This document shows, piece after piece, positions 18,859-28,263 of a DNA stretch of 64,000 nt (its first letter is position 1; each line of letters starts with the position of its first letter). The notes beneath the pieces were generated by a model that made no database searches, was not told where the DNA came from, and saw only the letters and a list, made by a program, of their open reading frames with translations. This DNA comes from a virus: positions 1-64,000 of IMG/VR virus record IMGVR_UViG_3300012943_000031. One strand, given 5' to 3'. The position numbers were made by a program, and so were the translations under genes.

Positions 18859-18916
18859 TAATGTTTCGGGGCTCAATTACCCCATCATCAGCATAAGGAC
18901 AACCTTATGGACATTA
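18859..18916 (-). ncRNA. Type III hammerhead ribozyme (HH2)
   Basis: Minus strand reads TAATGT-C / CATAAGG-ttgt-CCTTATG / CTGATGA-T / GGGG-taattgag-CCCC / GAA-ACATTA; GUC triplet. Confidence 0.88.
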
Positions 18917-19094
18917 TTTTTAATTATTTTATTATTTTTCGAACATTTACCAAACCATATATGTTATGATTACATCCTATATATGAAGGTAAAGATATGT
19001 GCAGGGCTCCAACTAATAGTCCATGAGTAATAAAAGTAACCGAATTATTCCACTCTGAGAACACTGTACTATATTGGCCTACCCTGCAAATATC

Positions 19095-19409
19095 TCAAGG
19101 TATATAATCATTACCAGCTATGTGTTTCTTTAGTATACTATAACGATCAATCATCTCATCAGGAAACTCCTCATCACTCATCACAATATTCTTAACCTCA
19201 ACATATGCATAATGACCAATCATAGCATATAAAGCCTCAACAAACAGGTAAGTGATTACCCCTAATTTCTCCAAAGATATACGTACATTGACAAAATTAA
19301 TATTGGGTGGTTGTTGGGCTATAATCTCACCCAAACGTTCACTAACAGCCAACATATCATTATCATCAAGATATTCACGTATGTCAGGTAATGGTATAAC
19401 TTTAAGCAT
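19095..19409 (-). CDS. Hypothetical protein
   Basis: ORF track. Confidence 0.55.
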   Translation of the reverse strand: MLKVIPLPDIREYLDDNDMLAVSERLGEIIAQQPPNINFVNVRISLEKLGVITYLFVEALYAMIGHYAYVEVKNIVMSDEEFPDEMIDRYSILKKHIAGNDYIP

Positions 19410-19411
19410 AT

Positions 19412-19639
19412 TTAATTATCAGATGTGCCAAGTATAAGATTGTTTACTTCATTTGCTTGATAGCCCAAGTCCTTACACATAGCTATAAATACCAGATTTG
19501 CCATACTTTCTCCATCTATGGCCACTGTAGCCATGAGTGTATCCCACATCTCTTGAGCTTTATCATCCCCAACCTTACTAGAGAATAACCCAAGTGCTCT
19601 CTTTTTAAAGGTAGCAGCCTCAATTTTAGACATGTCCAT
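19412..19639 (-). CDS. Hypothetical protein
   Basis: ORF track. Confidence 0.55.
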   Translation of the reverse strand: MDMSKIEAATFKKRALGLFSSKVGDDKAQEMWDTLMATVAIDGESMANLVFIAMCKDLGYQANEVNNLILGTSDN

Positions 19640-19911
19640 ATCAAATGTTTTGTTGTGTGAAACGTTAATGTTCCACGATTATAGTAATATAGTGCACCGA
19701 CCCAATTTTTTAAATAGACAACTTTGAGTTGAATATCAATGAGTTATGAGGCATAAATGCACCATTATACAGTACATTCATGCCCCATTATACCCATCTT
19801 TTATTCAACATTAGCCACCTAAATCCAATCCATAATACCCATGCTCAGGTACATAGAACGCTTAAACCCACCAATTCTTACCACTATTTGATATAATATT
19901 AATAGAGCCCA

Positions 19912-19927
19912 TGTTTCACGTGGAACA
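19912..19927. promoter_or_regulatory. parS-like palindrome (ParB binding site)
   Basis: TGTTTCACGTGGAACA; its reverse complement TGTTCCACGTGAAACA fits the TGTTNCACGTGAAACA consensus. Intergenic, with two half-sites at 19657-19677. Confidence 0.65.
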
Positions 19928-20105
19928 TTCCACTCATTTGCAGCATAACTATCAACAGTTTGCCAGTATCCTATCCTTATAGACATAAGTTCTAGGTTAA
20001 AAAGTTGGTAACTTCTTGGTTTTGGGTGTGTGTCGTGGGCTTTTAAAAAAGAGCCAGTACCATTACAGTACTGACCCTATATATCTCCAAGCCGACGGGA
20101 AATCA

Positions 20106-20672
20106 TTAATTCCGTGCTCCTACTACTACCTCAGGTTCTACCTTGGCCCCATCATTACTGGTATTTGTATCAGTTGATGCTGTTGCAGTTTCTGCTGTCA
20201 GATCAATAATACCCTTACCAAAGAATGTAGATGTGAATGAGGAGAGTTTCTCTCTCTGTTGGTTTCTTAATTGTCCACCATTACGAGAGAACTTTGTTTT
20301 GGTCAGCCAAATCTTTGCTGGCTTGGTGACTTCAAACTGACCAGACTGTGCATTCACTCTTCCTGATGGTTTACTTACATCCAAATGCATTGGGCCTTTA
20401 TAGACCAGAATACCATCCTGTTCTACTAAATCCTTCAACATTTCATCGATGTTATCAGATGCAACATAGACTTTTGTGCCTTTAACTCTCATCTCACCAC
20501 CATCAGGTGTAGGATTTGAACCAACGGCTAATACTTCCTTCACTAAGTGAAGAATTTTGACTTCTGTTCCCTCAGTATCCGCAGTACCACCACTACTGTC
20601 ATCCTCAATGAGTTTGATAGCAAGCTCTGTACTCTTGGAAAACTTGAGTAAGTCTTCTTTTTTCATTGCCAT
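20106..20672 (-). CDS. Hypothetical early protein (paralogue family member 1)
   Basis: VYVASD...HLDVSKP...KPAKIWL. Confidence 0.7.
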   Translation of the reverse strand: MAMKKEDLLKFSKSTELAIKLIEDDSSGGTADTEGTEVKILHLVKEVLAVGSNPTPDGGEMRVKGTKVYVASDNIDEMLKDLVEQDGILVYKGPMHLDVSKPSGRVNAQSGQFEVTKPAKIWLTKTKFSRNGGQLRNQQREKLSSFTSTFFGKGIIDLTAETATASTDTNTSNDGAKVEPEVVVGARN

Positions 20673-20850
20673 AAAATACTTATTAAAGCTTTAAAAATAT
20701 TAATATCTAGTCTAACCCCCTCGTCTTGCTTGGAGTTTTGAAATAAAGACACCCAACCCCATTTGTACTGTGTATTTACTACACAATCCACAAGTGATTG
20801 AGTGTCAATTAATTATATATCAGTCGGCTAAGATGATATATTATGGATTA

Positions 20851-21486
20851 TTATTCTTGTTCCTCAAATCCTAGATTCTTTCTACGTGCTATTCTCTCAT
20901 TATACAGCACTCTACCAGCAACTTGCATTGCACCATAACTAATTGGTGTGACCATTGCACGTTTTGGCACTATTATCTTGTCATTTCTATCTGATTTAGG
21001 TGATGTTACATCAATAATACCCTTCTTAAGACGTAATTTGATGATTGTTGTCTCTCTACCCATAGAATCAGTGGCCTTTTCTTCAGTCTCTTCATACTCT
21101 AATAGACCAAGATTGACAGCATCTTCAGGCACAAATATACTCTTGACATTATCCATGCTAATTCTAAGGATTCTATCACCATCACTGACAGTTTTAGTGC
21201 CCTGTATTCTGGCAATTGGTTGTAATAACCTAAATTCCATCATAATCTTAGGTTTAGGTAACAAATCCATCTTGGCTTGGACAAGTTTTGTACCCTCAAT
21301 ATCACCAGCTAATACTGCTCTGGTCATTTCAATTTGTAATGCAGCCCTCTTTTCGTCATAAACTGACTCTGATTGCCAGTAATGACAGAGAAAATCCACA
21401 CTTTGTGTACCATTGTTAACATCAGACCCTGCAACAACTTGTTCCAAAGCCTGTTTTACTACGATGAATTTTGATAAATCTTGCAT
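20851..21486 (-). CDS. Hypothetical early protein (paralogue family member 2)
   Basis: IFVPED...IIDVTSP...PKRAMV. Confidence 0.7.
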   Translation of the reverse strand: MQDLSKFIVVKQALEQVVAGSDVNNGTQSVDFLCHYWQSESVYDEKRAALQIEMTRAVLAGDIEGTKLVQAKMDLLPKPKIMMEFRLLQPIARIQGTKTVSDGDRILRISMDNVKSIFVPEDAVNLGLLEYEETEEKATDSMGRETTIIKLRLKKGIIDVTSPKSDRNDKIIVPKRAMVTPISYGAMQVAGRVLYNERIARRKNLGFEEQE

Positions 21487-21520
21487 AATTGATTGATTTT
21501 TAAGTGTTTATAAATAATTA

Positions 21521-21715
21521 TTATCCTCTTTCTATTTCTTTCCATTCTATTTCATAACCAGCTTGTTCCCAAATTGAAGCAGCTTGACCTATTCCTTCTT
21601 CAGTTGCCTCAAATGTGTAAGAATAGCCAGTTCCGAAATCAATGTAATAAGCATACATGAATGCACCAATAGTTGCACCCATTTTGATCCCTTTCTTGAT
21701 GATGATCTTTTTCAT
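21521..21715 (-). CDS. Hypothetical protein
   Basis: ORF track. Confidence 0.55.
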   Translation of the reverse strand: MKKIIIKKGIKMGATIGAFMYAYYIDFGTGYSYTFEATEEGIGQAASIWEQAGYEIEWKEIERG

Positions 21716-21796
21716 TAACAGTGTTTTAAGATGATTGGCCCAAATATAGCCAGAAATATGAGTATTGCTATCATAGTTGATGATACTCTGTCTTGT

Positions 21797-22216
21797 TTAT
21801 TTTCCATTATTAAACAGTTTGGCAGCAGCTTGTGAGTAGTTATCTCTCATTTTTAATCTCCTGGAATGTAATGTTTCATGTACAATCCATACTCTTGATG
21901 GTTTATCTATTACATGTCCGTCTCTTTGTACTATATGTGGAATACTTACGTCAAGATATAGATTGACTAATACAAGCTTGAAATTGTTGTAGTTACCAAC
22001 ACGAAATGTTTTGACGTATGATACTGTTTCTTCTGCAATAAATACCTCATTAGCACTCTCATAATCAAATCCTATAGAACCATGAACAGTATCCAATGGT
22101 TTGGATAATTTCATACGATAAATCTTTTGTCTACCATTGAATGGCAATTCACTTATTTCACTGATATACAATGTGATAGTTTGAGGATGTTTCTTTAGAT
22201 AATCCTTAAGTTTCAT
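21797..22216 (-). CDS. Hypothetical early protein (paralogue family member 3)
   Basis: VFIAEE...YLDVSIP...KPSRVWI. Confidence 0.65.
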   Translation of the reverse strand: MKLKDYLKKHPQTITLYISEISELPFNGRQKIYRMKLSKPLDTVHGSIGFDYESANEVFIAEETVSYVKTFRVGNYNNFKLVLVNLYLDVSIPHIVQRDGHVIDKPSRVWIVHETLHSRRLKMRDNYSQAAAKLFNNGK

Positions 22217-22233
22217 AACTAATTGATTTAGAG

Positions 22234-22389
22234 TTAATTAAGATTGATTTCGATACCAGTTGTGCAACCACATTCACATGTGACTACATTAATATCAGAT
22301 GGAATTCCTTTGCCCATCTGAATGATTTGACCATTAATGATCCAATCCCATCTTTCTTCAGATAGATTGATAACTTGAGTGATAAACAT
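22234..22389 (-). CDS. Small hypothetical protein (51 aa, CxCxC)
   Basis: Manual translation MFITQVINLSEERWDW...VTCECGCTT. Confidence 0.45.
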   Translation of the reverse strand: MFITQVINLSEERWDWIINGQIIQMGKGIPSDINVVTCECGCTTGIEINLN

Positions 22390-22430
22390 AACTAATTGTG
22401 TTTGAACAGTTTAGCACCTCTGTTGATTGA

Positions 22431-22628
22431 TTAGATGATTGGTTTACGATTGAAATAAGCATAGATTGATGCAGCATATCCCACTATGATAGGAATAAAT
22501 AGGAACATCCTTGCATCATGATCCACCTTATACCAGTTTAAAATGAGTGTCACCAAACCTGCTGATGCACACAGTGCCATGAAGATAGAATACTTCATCA
22601 TGTTAGATACTTGTTTGTTTTGTTTCAT
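22431..22628 (-). CDS. Small two-TM membrane protein, first gene of the leftward arm
   Basis: ORF track. Confidence 0.6.
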   Translation of the reverse strand: MKQNKQVSNMMKYSIFMALCASAGLVTLILNWYKVDHDARMFLFIPIIVGYAASIYAYFNRKPII

Positions 22629-22871
22629 AATTGTTGATTTAAGTGATTGATTGTTAAGTATTTATTGTTTCCTAAATATTTTGACTTTGATTTTTTCCAG
22701 TTTGAAAAATGTTTTTCTCCAAGACTTTTTGACGGGGGATACCGGCAGACCACCCTCTATACCGGGTATCAATTCTATACATCCTCTCTAACTTTACATG
22801 CTATAAAAATTGGAAAATAAAATAGAAAATAAAAATTGAAAAAATAAAATTTAAAAATAAAATAAAAATAA

Positions 22872-22903
22872 TTTGGTATGTTATTTGATATAGTGTACCT
22901 TTG
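22872..22903 (+). promoter_or_regulatory. Bacteroidota sigma-A type promoter starting the rightward arm
   Basis: TTTG-N20-TACCTTTG, downstream of an A-tract region. Confidence 0.8.
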
Positions 22904-22910
22904 TTAAGAT

Positions 22911-23093
22911 ATGATAAACGATTATATTACACAAGGTTACCGTTGTTACCTATTAAAGGACTTGCCTGTTAAGGATTTAGCCTCCCAGTTACCGTCACTA
23001 TGTAGACGTTATAAGTGGGAGTACCTTATTTTGGGCAATATTATTTACATCAAAAACACAAACAAGTATGAATTACGAAACCCATATTTATGA
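22911..23093 (+). CDS. Hypothetical protein
   Basis: First ORF after the promoter. Confidence 0.5.
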   Translation: MINDYITQGYRCYLLKDLPVKDLASQLPSLCRRYKWEYLILGNIIYIKNTNKYELRNPYL

Positions 23094-23277
23094 TTGGGTA
23101 TTCCACTATAACATATATACCAGTAAGTGGAATGCAGTTAGGAGAGAAAATTATCATCAGCTTTTTAATGGTGGGAAGGATGTTCTATCATCTAGTGAGA
23201 TAGATACCTTAATTACTATTATTAATAGAACTGATGGAGATGGTAAGAAACTGAAGAAATTAGTCAATGGAAAATAA
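23068..23277 (+). CDS. Hypothetical protein
   Basis: YDWVFHYNIYTSKW; coupled ORF. Confidence 0.6.
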   Translation: MNYETHIYDWVFHYNIYTSKWNAVRRENYHQLFNGGKDVLSSSEIDTLITIINRTDGDGKKLKKLVNGK

Positions 23278-23518
23278 ATACCCCACATTTGACCAGAATA
23301 ACTATAACGATGATTTGACAATCTTTCGGGATGGTAGTCATGAAATGGATGAGCCATTTGATTTGTTGAAATACAAAGGAGAGTTGATAAAGGAACTGAA
23401 TATGTGGATTATCACAGACAATAGTAGTTTTGAGCATATAGATCAGATTAAGACTAATATAGAGTCAGTTGATATATTGATGGATTTTTTACAAATATTT
23501 GATGATGAAGACAAATAG
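23267..23518 (+). CDS. Hypothetical acidic protein
   Basis: ORF track. Confidence 0.55.
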   Translation: MENKYPTFDQNNYNDDLTIFRDGSHEMDEPFDLLKYKGELIKELNMWIITDNSSFEHIDQIKTNIESVDILMDFLQIFDDEDK

Positions 23519-24224
23519 AATAATAGTGGCTATCTTTGTGATAGCTACGATCCTGTTGATGTTGAATACATGCAGGTTAACAAAAAGACAGGGTAAGGAT
23601 GCAGCAACAATATCTGCACTACAATTAGAGAAGCAGAGGCTTGACTCACTTACCAATAAACAAGGGGAAACTATCCTATATCAGGAGTCTCTCATTACAT
23701 CTTCTACAGATGCTATAGATGAACTGACAGATACAATCTTCAATTTGAGGAAGAAGGATGAGAAGAACCAGCAAACCTTAGCTTACTATAAATCATCTAA
23801 TGCAATCAACTTGGTGGGAGTATCTGTTCCCTATATAGATTCTATAGCAATGAAGGAGTTTGGAGACTCTATATCTGCTCAGTGCAAGGAAGTGATCGAT
23901 TATTATAATATGAATACTATTCCTATAGGAATGATAGCAGAGGATTCTACAGCTAATTATAAGATTTCCCAGACAGTAGAGAGTGGTGGGATCAAAATCA
24001 ATAATCTAGTAATCCCTGATACTCTACAATTACGTTTTGTGGAGAAGAAAGGTGGACTATTTAAGCCTTCTTCCATCCAAGTACAGTTCAAACATAGTAA
24101 TCCTTTAGTAACAACAACCCAAGCCAACTCAGTATTTTACGTTCCAAAGAAGAAATCCTTCTTCAAACGTGTCATCCTACCAGTAGCAATAGGTGTTGGG
24201 GCAGGTATTTTAATAGCAAAGTAA
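23499..24224 (+). CDS. Membrane protein with N- and C-terminal anchors (possible spanin-like)
   Basis: N-terminal hydrophobic segment ending LNTC, coiled coil, C-terminal TM VILPVAIGVGAGILI. The spanin role is inference. Confidence 0.5.
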   Translation: MMMKTNRIIVAIFVIATILLMLNTCRLTKRQGKDAATISALQLEKQRLDSLTNKQGETILYQESLITSSTDAIDELTDTIFNLRKKDEKNQQTLAYYKSSNAINLVGVSVPYIDSIAMKEFGDSISAQCKEVIDYYNMNTIPIGMIAEDSTANYKISQTVESGGIKINNLVIPDTLQLRFVEKKGGLFKPSSIQVQFKHSNPLVTTTQANSVFYVPKKKSFFKRVILPVAIGVGAGILIAK

Positions 24225-24523
24225 TGATATTAGTAGGAGAATTAGAATATACAGATAAGAAGATGGCCCCAGATGGTTTCAGAGGATTCTTATTTGTTGG
24301 AAATAATGGAAATGCATACCAATATAATATATCTCCTTATCCTGAGAAGGAGTCTGCTTGGGTGGGTGACAATTTTGTAAGTGGAAAGAATCTTTCAGTT
24401 ACAGAGTTTCTCCAGTCTATTGTAGATCAAGACATAGAGATAGGTAGAAATGCATATGTGAGATTTAAGGATAATGTTGGTATTCGTCTGAAAGGAATGA
24501 GTGAATGGATAACTAGAAAATAA
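24224..24523 (+). CDS. Hypothetical protein
   Basis: TAATG-coupled ORF. Confidence 0.6.
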   Translation: MILVGELEYTDKKMAPDGFRGFLFVGNNGNAYQYNISPYPEKESAWVGDNFVSGKNLSVTEFLQSIVDQDIEIGRNAYVRFKDNVGIRLKGMSEWITRK

Positions 24524-25056
24524 TGAGTGACTATACAATAAATATGAAGGAATATCTGGATGATTGGGGTAATGGGAACAAAATCCACCCCACAGCAGTC
24601 ATAGGCCCAAATGTGAAGATGGGTAATAATAATTATATTGGGCCATTCTGTATTATAGGGTTTCCAGCAGAACATAAAGATTTCTGGGATGAACCTACAG
24701 GTCATGTAGAGATTGGTAACAACTGTGTATTTACAGGACACGTGACTGTGGATGCTGGTACGGAACAACCTACATACATAGGACATAATGTATGGATGTT
24801 AAAACATTCTCATGTTGGTCATGATGCTTTTATAGGAAATGATGTGACAATCTCCTGTGGAGCTAAAATTGGAGGACATGCTACTATATGTCCCGGTTGT
24901 AATATAGGGTTAAATGCAACTATTCATCAAAGAGTAGAAGTACCACATAACTGTATGATAGGGATGAATGCTGCTGTAACAAAGAAATTAGAAATGAAAG
25001 AAAGTCGTAAATATGCTGGTGTCCCTGCAAAGGATATTGGCTCAAATATAATATAA
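24523..25056 (+). CDS. Hexapeptide-repeat acyltransferase, LpxA-like
   Basis: IHPTAVIGPNVKMG, TYIGHNVWMLKHSHVGHDAFIG and left-handed beta-helix repeats. Confidence 0.85.
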   Translation: MSDYTINMKEYLDDWGNGNKIHPTAVIGPNVKMGNNNYIGPFCIIGFPAEHKDFWDEPTGHVEIGNNCVFTGHVTVDAGTEQPTYIGHNVWMLKHSHVGHDAFIGNDVTISCGAKIGGHATICPGCNIGLNATIHQRVEVPHNCMIGMNAAVTKKLEMKESRKYAGVPAKDIGSNII

Positions 25057-25784
25057 TGGGAATATTTGTAAAATTTGAATGTGCTAAATGTGGACAGTAC
25101 GAGTGTGACTGTTCACTGGAAGAAAGAAAAGGAACTGCAACTCCTAATAATACTCCTCTTTTAAAGAAAGGTAACTTAACTGAAGGAGATATAGTAAAAA
25201 GAGACCATACAAAGCATGATGCTTGGGTATGTACTAATATTGATGGAGAGCTTAAAGGTGTACCTATCTTAACTAAAAGATTCACAGACGAGACTATAAT
25301 TGAGCTTACTGACGACTTAATCAGACTAGCAAATGCTACAACTGCTGATTTAGAGAAATATAAATATTTTGCACCTTCCAGAGAGGACATCTTCATAGGA
25401 TATGAATGTGAATTCAAGTTCAGGTTAGGAATACAAGGTTATGAGTGGAGACCTATAACTGTGTTTGAGACAGATTTGAATCTCTTTCTAAGAGACATTA
25501 AGATGGCAAGAACTCCCTATCTGACTAAAGAACAGATAGAGAAAGAAGGGTGGATAGATAAATCTCATGTATTAAATGTTAACAGTTGGGCTTTTGAAAA
25601 AGGTAATAGATTTGCTGTAATCAGAACAATTGATTTAGAAAACCCTTTTGTTTTAGAAATCATAATAAAAGACCCATCAAAAGAACCCTTTGTATTTGGA
25701 CTTCCTTCTGAACATTTTAGATTTATTTGTCCTTGTCCTTCTATTAATGAGTTTCGTAAAATATGTAAATTATTAGGAATATGA
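25056..25784 (+). CDS. Hypothetical protein
   Basis: N-terminal CxxC; C-terminal domain duplicated in the next ORF. Confidence 0.65.
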   Translation: MGIFVKFECAKCGQYECDCSLEERKGTATPNNTPLLKKGNLTEGDIVKRDHTKHDAWVCTNIDGELKGVPILTKRFTDETIIELTDDLIRLANATTADLEKYKYFAPSREDIFIGYECEFKFRLGIQGYEWRPITVFETDLNLFLRDIKMARTPYLTKEQIEKEGWIDKSHVLNVNSWAFEKGNRFAVIRTIDLENPFVLEIIIKDPSKEPFVFGLPSEHFRFICPCPSINEFRKICKLLGI

Positions 25785-25978
25785 TATTAACATTAGACGA
25801 GATTAAAGAAGAAGGGTGGCAGGGAGCTACTTCCTTTTGGAAGGATAGGTTCTTTCTTACTAAACATGGAGATCACATCCAGATACGGGATGTTGGGTAT
25901 GAGAAAACATTATTTGATGGCAAATGCTATGATTTACAAACATTTAGACTGATATGCAACCTGATAGGTATAGAGTAA
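25781..25978 (+). CDS. Hypothetical protein
   Basis: LTLDEIKEEGW...FRLICNLIGI parallels the end of the upstream ORF. Confidence 0.6.
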   Translation: MILTLDEIKEEGWQGATSFWKDRFFLTKHGDHIQIRDVGYEKTLFDGKCYDLQTFRLICNLIGIE

Positions 25979-26595
25979 CATTATCAATGCCTTGTTGGGG
26001 CAGACCTGAGAGAACTAAACGTGCTATAGAATGCATTGTTAAGCAGTACTTTCAGGGATGGGAAGCTTTAGTTGTGGGTGATGGATGTCCCCACTTCCAG
26101 AAATTACTGGAGAGTGATTGGTTGAAGGAGATGATTGATACAGCAGAAAAGGGTGGAAACTCCCTTGTATGCTACAATTTACCTACTAATCATGGAGGTT
26201 GTGGCTACCATATAACCAATCTTAATATACAGGCAGCCAAAGGAGAGTATCTCCTGTTTATGGGAAATGATGATGTCATCCAACTTAATCATTTTTCCAA
26301 CTACCATTCAGCTATAGAGAATACTGGATTAGATTATATATACTTTAATTCCTTCTTGCATCCTATAAATCAGAAAAGAATAACCAAATATGCTCCATCT
26401 GAGATAGGTCATAGTGAGATTATCGTGAAAACGGAGTTGGCTAAACAAGCACCACCTCATACTAATAAGTATGGACATGACTGGGATTTCCTCAAATTCA
26501 TCAGTGAGAATGGAAGAGGGAAGAAAATCCTCTCATCTCCAACATATTATGTAATGTCATTACCAAATTTTGGTACAAGAGATAAGATTAATTAA
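25954..26595 (+). CDS. Glycosyltransferase family 2
   Basis: SMPCWGRP, WEALVVGDG, AKGEYLLFMGNDD and HDWDF motifs. Confidence 0.85.
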   Translation: MQPDRYRVTLSMPCWGRPERTKRAIECIVKQYFQGWEALVVGDGCPHFQKLLESDWLKEMIDTAEKGGNSLVCYNLPTNHGGCGYHITNLNIQAAKGEYLLFMGNDDVIQLNHFSNYHSAIENTGLDYIYFNSFLHPINQKRITKYAPSEIGHSEIIVKTELAKQAPPHTNKYGHDWDFLKFISENGRGKKILSSPTYYVMSLPNFGTRDKIN

Positions 26596-26618
26596 CAAAA
26601 ATTACTTATATTTGCATT

Positions 26619-27074
26619 ATGAAATTTACGCAAGATCACTTCACCTTTCCAATAGTTATGGTAGATGGTGAAAATGAAGAGAGAAAAGAAAAGAAGAAGG
26701 AGCAGGACAGTAATCTGTTTAATAAGCCTGAACCTGTAGAGGTAGAATATGATATAGTATATGGAGAAGCCAGCTATCCTTACTTTGATTTTGTAGGATT
26801 TGAAGATAGATGGTTACCAACAAAACGTTCACTTCGTCGTGCACTACAGCAGAAGTTCGATGCATGTATGGTACGTTTTGCTAACATAGGTCAATTTCTC
26901 GTACCTATGAGTAAGGAAAAATTCCTTGAAGCAATTGAGGAGTTTGCTGCTGAAAGAGAGAAACCACCAGTAGAATTGCCAGTCAATGCAACTGTTGTCA
27001 AATTTACACCTGAACTATTAGCACAACTGATAGCTAAACAAATAGAAGGATCAGATGAAAAAGAAGGAGAATAA
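26619..27074 (+). CDS. Hypothetical protein (near-leaderless; TATATTTG at 26607-26614)
   Basis: ORF track plus a -7 promoter box 4 nt upstream of the ATG. Confidence 0.65.
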   Translation: MKFTQDHFTFPIVMVDGENEERKEKKKEQDSNLFNKPEPVEVEYDIVYGEASYPYFDFVGFEDRWLPTKRSLRRALQQKFDACMVRFANIGQFLVPMSKEKFLEAIEEFAAEREKPPVELPVNATVVKFTPELLAQLIAKQIEGSDEKEGE

Positions 27075-27606
27075 ATTTTTTAAGGTATCTTTGGAGAAGG
27101 AGTATAACGATACTCTTACTTTGATGCAGAAGATTATGGAGGATGATTGGTTCACACCATCAACTATCCTAGTCAACTGTTCTCCAGACTACTCATCACG
27201 TCTTACACAGGCTCTTAATCATGGATTGTCCATTCTAAATAGACATGAATTGTTTGAGCAGATGGATTTACAGATGCCATATCCTAATAGTAATCAGGTA
27301 TGGAATCCAATCACCAAATCATATGAGACGTTTGATACATACCTAAAAAGTTGGATAAATGAAAATGTTTATCCCTGTAACTTCCTCTTTGTAGATAGTG
27401 GCACATTACGTGGCAAGAACTTCAACAAATTAAAATTATCTCTACGTTCTAGGTTAGAGAATGAGAATTTCCGTTTTGCATCCCTTTACTTACAGGATGA
27501 CAGTATTCTTATACCAGACTACTACGTAGAAAAATTCAATAAACAAACACAGGGTGGACTGCTATTTCAGTGGGAAAACCCATTAAACCCCAACTGGGAC
27601 TATTAA
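27055..27606 (+). CDS. Phosphoribosyltransferase-fold protein
   Basis: FLFVDSGTLRGKN PRPP-loop-like motif, PDYYV and terminal LFQWE as in purine PRTases. Confidence 0.6.
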   Translation: MKKKENKFFKVSLEKEYNDTLTLMQKIMEDDWFTPSTILVNCSPDYSSRLTQALNHGLSILNRHELFEQMDLQMPYPNSNQVWNPITKSYETFDTYLKSWINENVYPCNFLFVDSGTLRGKNFNKLKLSLRSRLENENFRFASLYLQDDSILIPDYYVEKFNKQTQGGLLFQWENPLNPNWDY

Positions 27607-27610
27607 AATT

Positions 27611-27952
27611 ATGGCAAATAAACAATTAAAAACAGCAAATGGAAATCCAAACATCTTAACAGAAGACCAAGAACATATGCGTCTTCAGGTAGTGGATTTA
27701 GAATTAAAGGCACGTTATTGGGAAGCACAGTGGAAAATCCGTTTCTATACATTAGAAGCTGAGAAAATGCAACCTGAATACAATGAGTGGCTTGAGAAAG
27801 AAAAGGCAAAACAAGAGGAAGCATTTAAACGTTTCCAAGAGGAGTTGGAGAACATGACAAAGAAGGCAGAGGCTGACAAAGTAGCTACTGAGAATAAAGA
27901 TTTCCTTGATTCTTTGGCTAAAGATTCAGTATCACCATTAACAATAGTCTAA
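27611..27952 (+). CDS. Hypothetical coiled-coil protein
   Basis: ORF track. Confidence 0.65.
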   Translation: MANKQLKTANGNPNILTEDQEHMRLQVVDLELKARYWEAQWKIRFYTLEAEKMQPEYNEWLEKEKAKQEEAFKRFQEELENMTKKAEADKVATENKDFLDSLAKDSVSPLTIV

Positions 27953-28263
27953 TGGCAGTAGATAGAAAAGCTGACTATGTAGGTAATCATGGTGGGGCAT
28001 ATACAGATGAAACTGGTATGTCCCGTCAATTTACCTATGTGGATCATGATAAGAAACTGAAAATATCCCCTAGAACAGATACTCCCTTTAATAAAGAATG
28101 GGATGCATTAGAACAACAGGTAATCAACAATCCTATATTTACTCAGTATCTTGAGGATAATGAATTGGAGTGGGGACTTAATGTAAATCTAGGTCATTTA
28201 AGGGAAATAAAAAAATTAATAGATGGACAGCTACAGAAAAAGTCTAATAGAAAGAATAAGTAA
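27952..28263 (+). CDS. Hypothetical protein
   Basis: ORF track. Confidence 0.6.
   Translation: MAVDRKADYVGNHGGAYTDETGMSRQFTYVDHDKKLKISPRTDTPFNKEWDALEQQVINNPIFTQYLEDNELEWGLNVNLGHLREIKKLIDGQLQKKSNRKNK

Noticed and set aside
649-21361. Plus-strand ORFs within the leftward arm
   Set aside because: They are antisense shadows of well-supported minus-strand genes.
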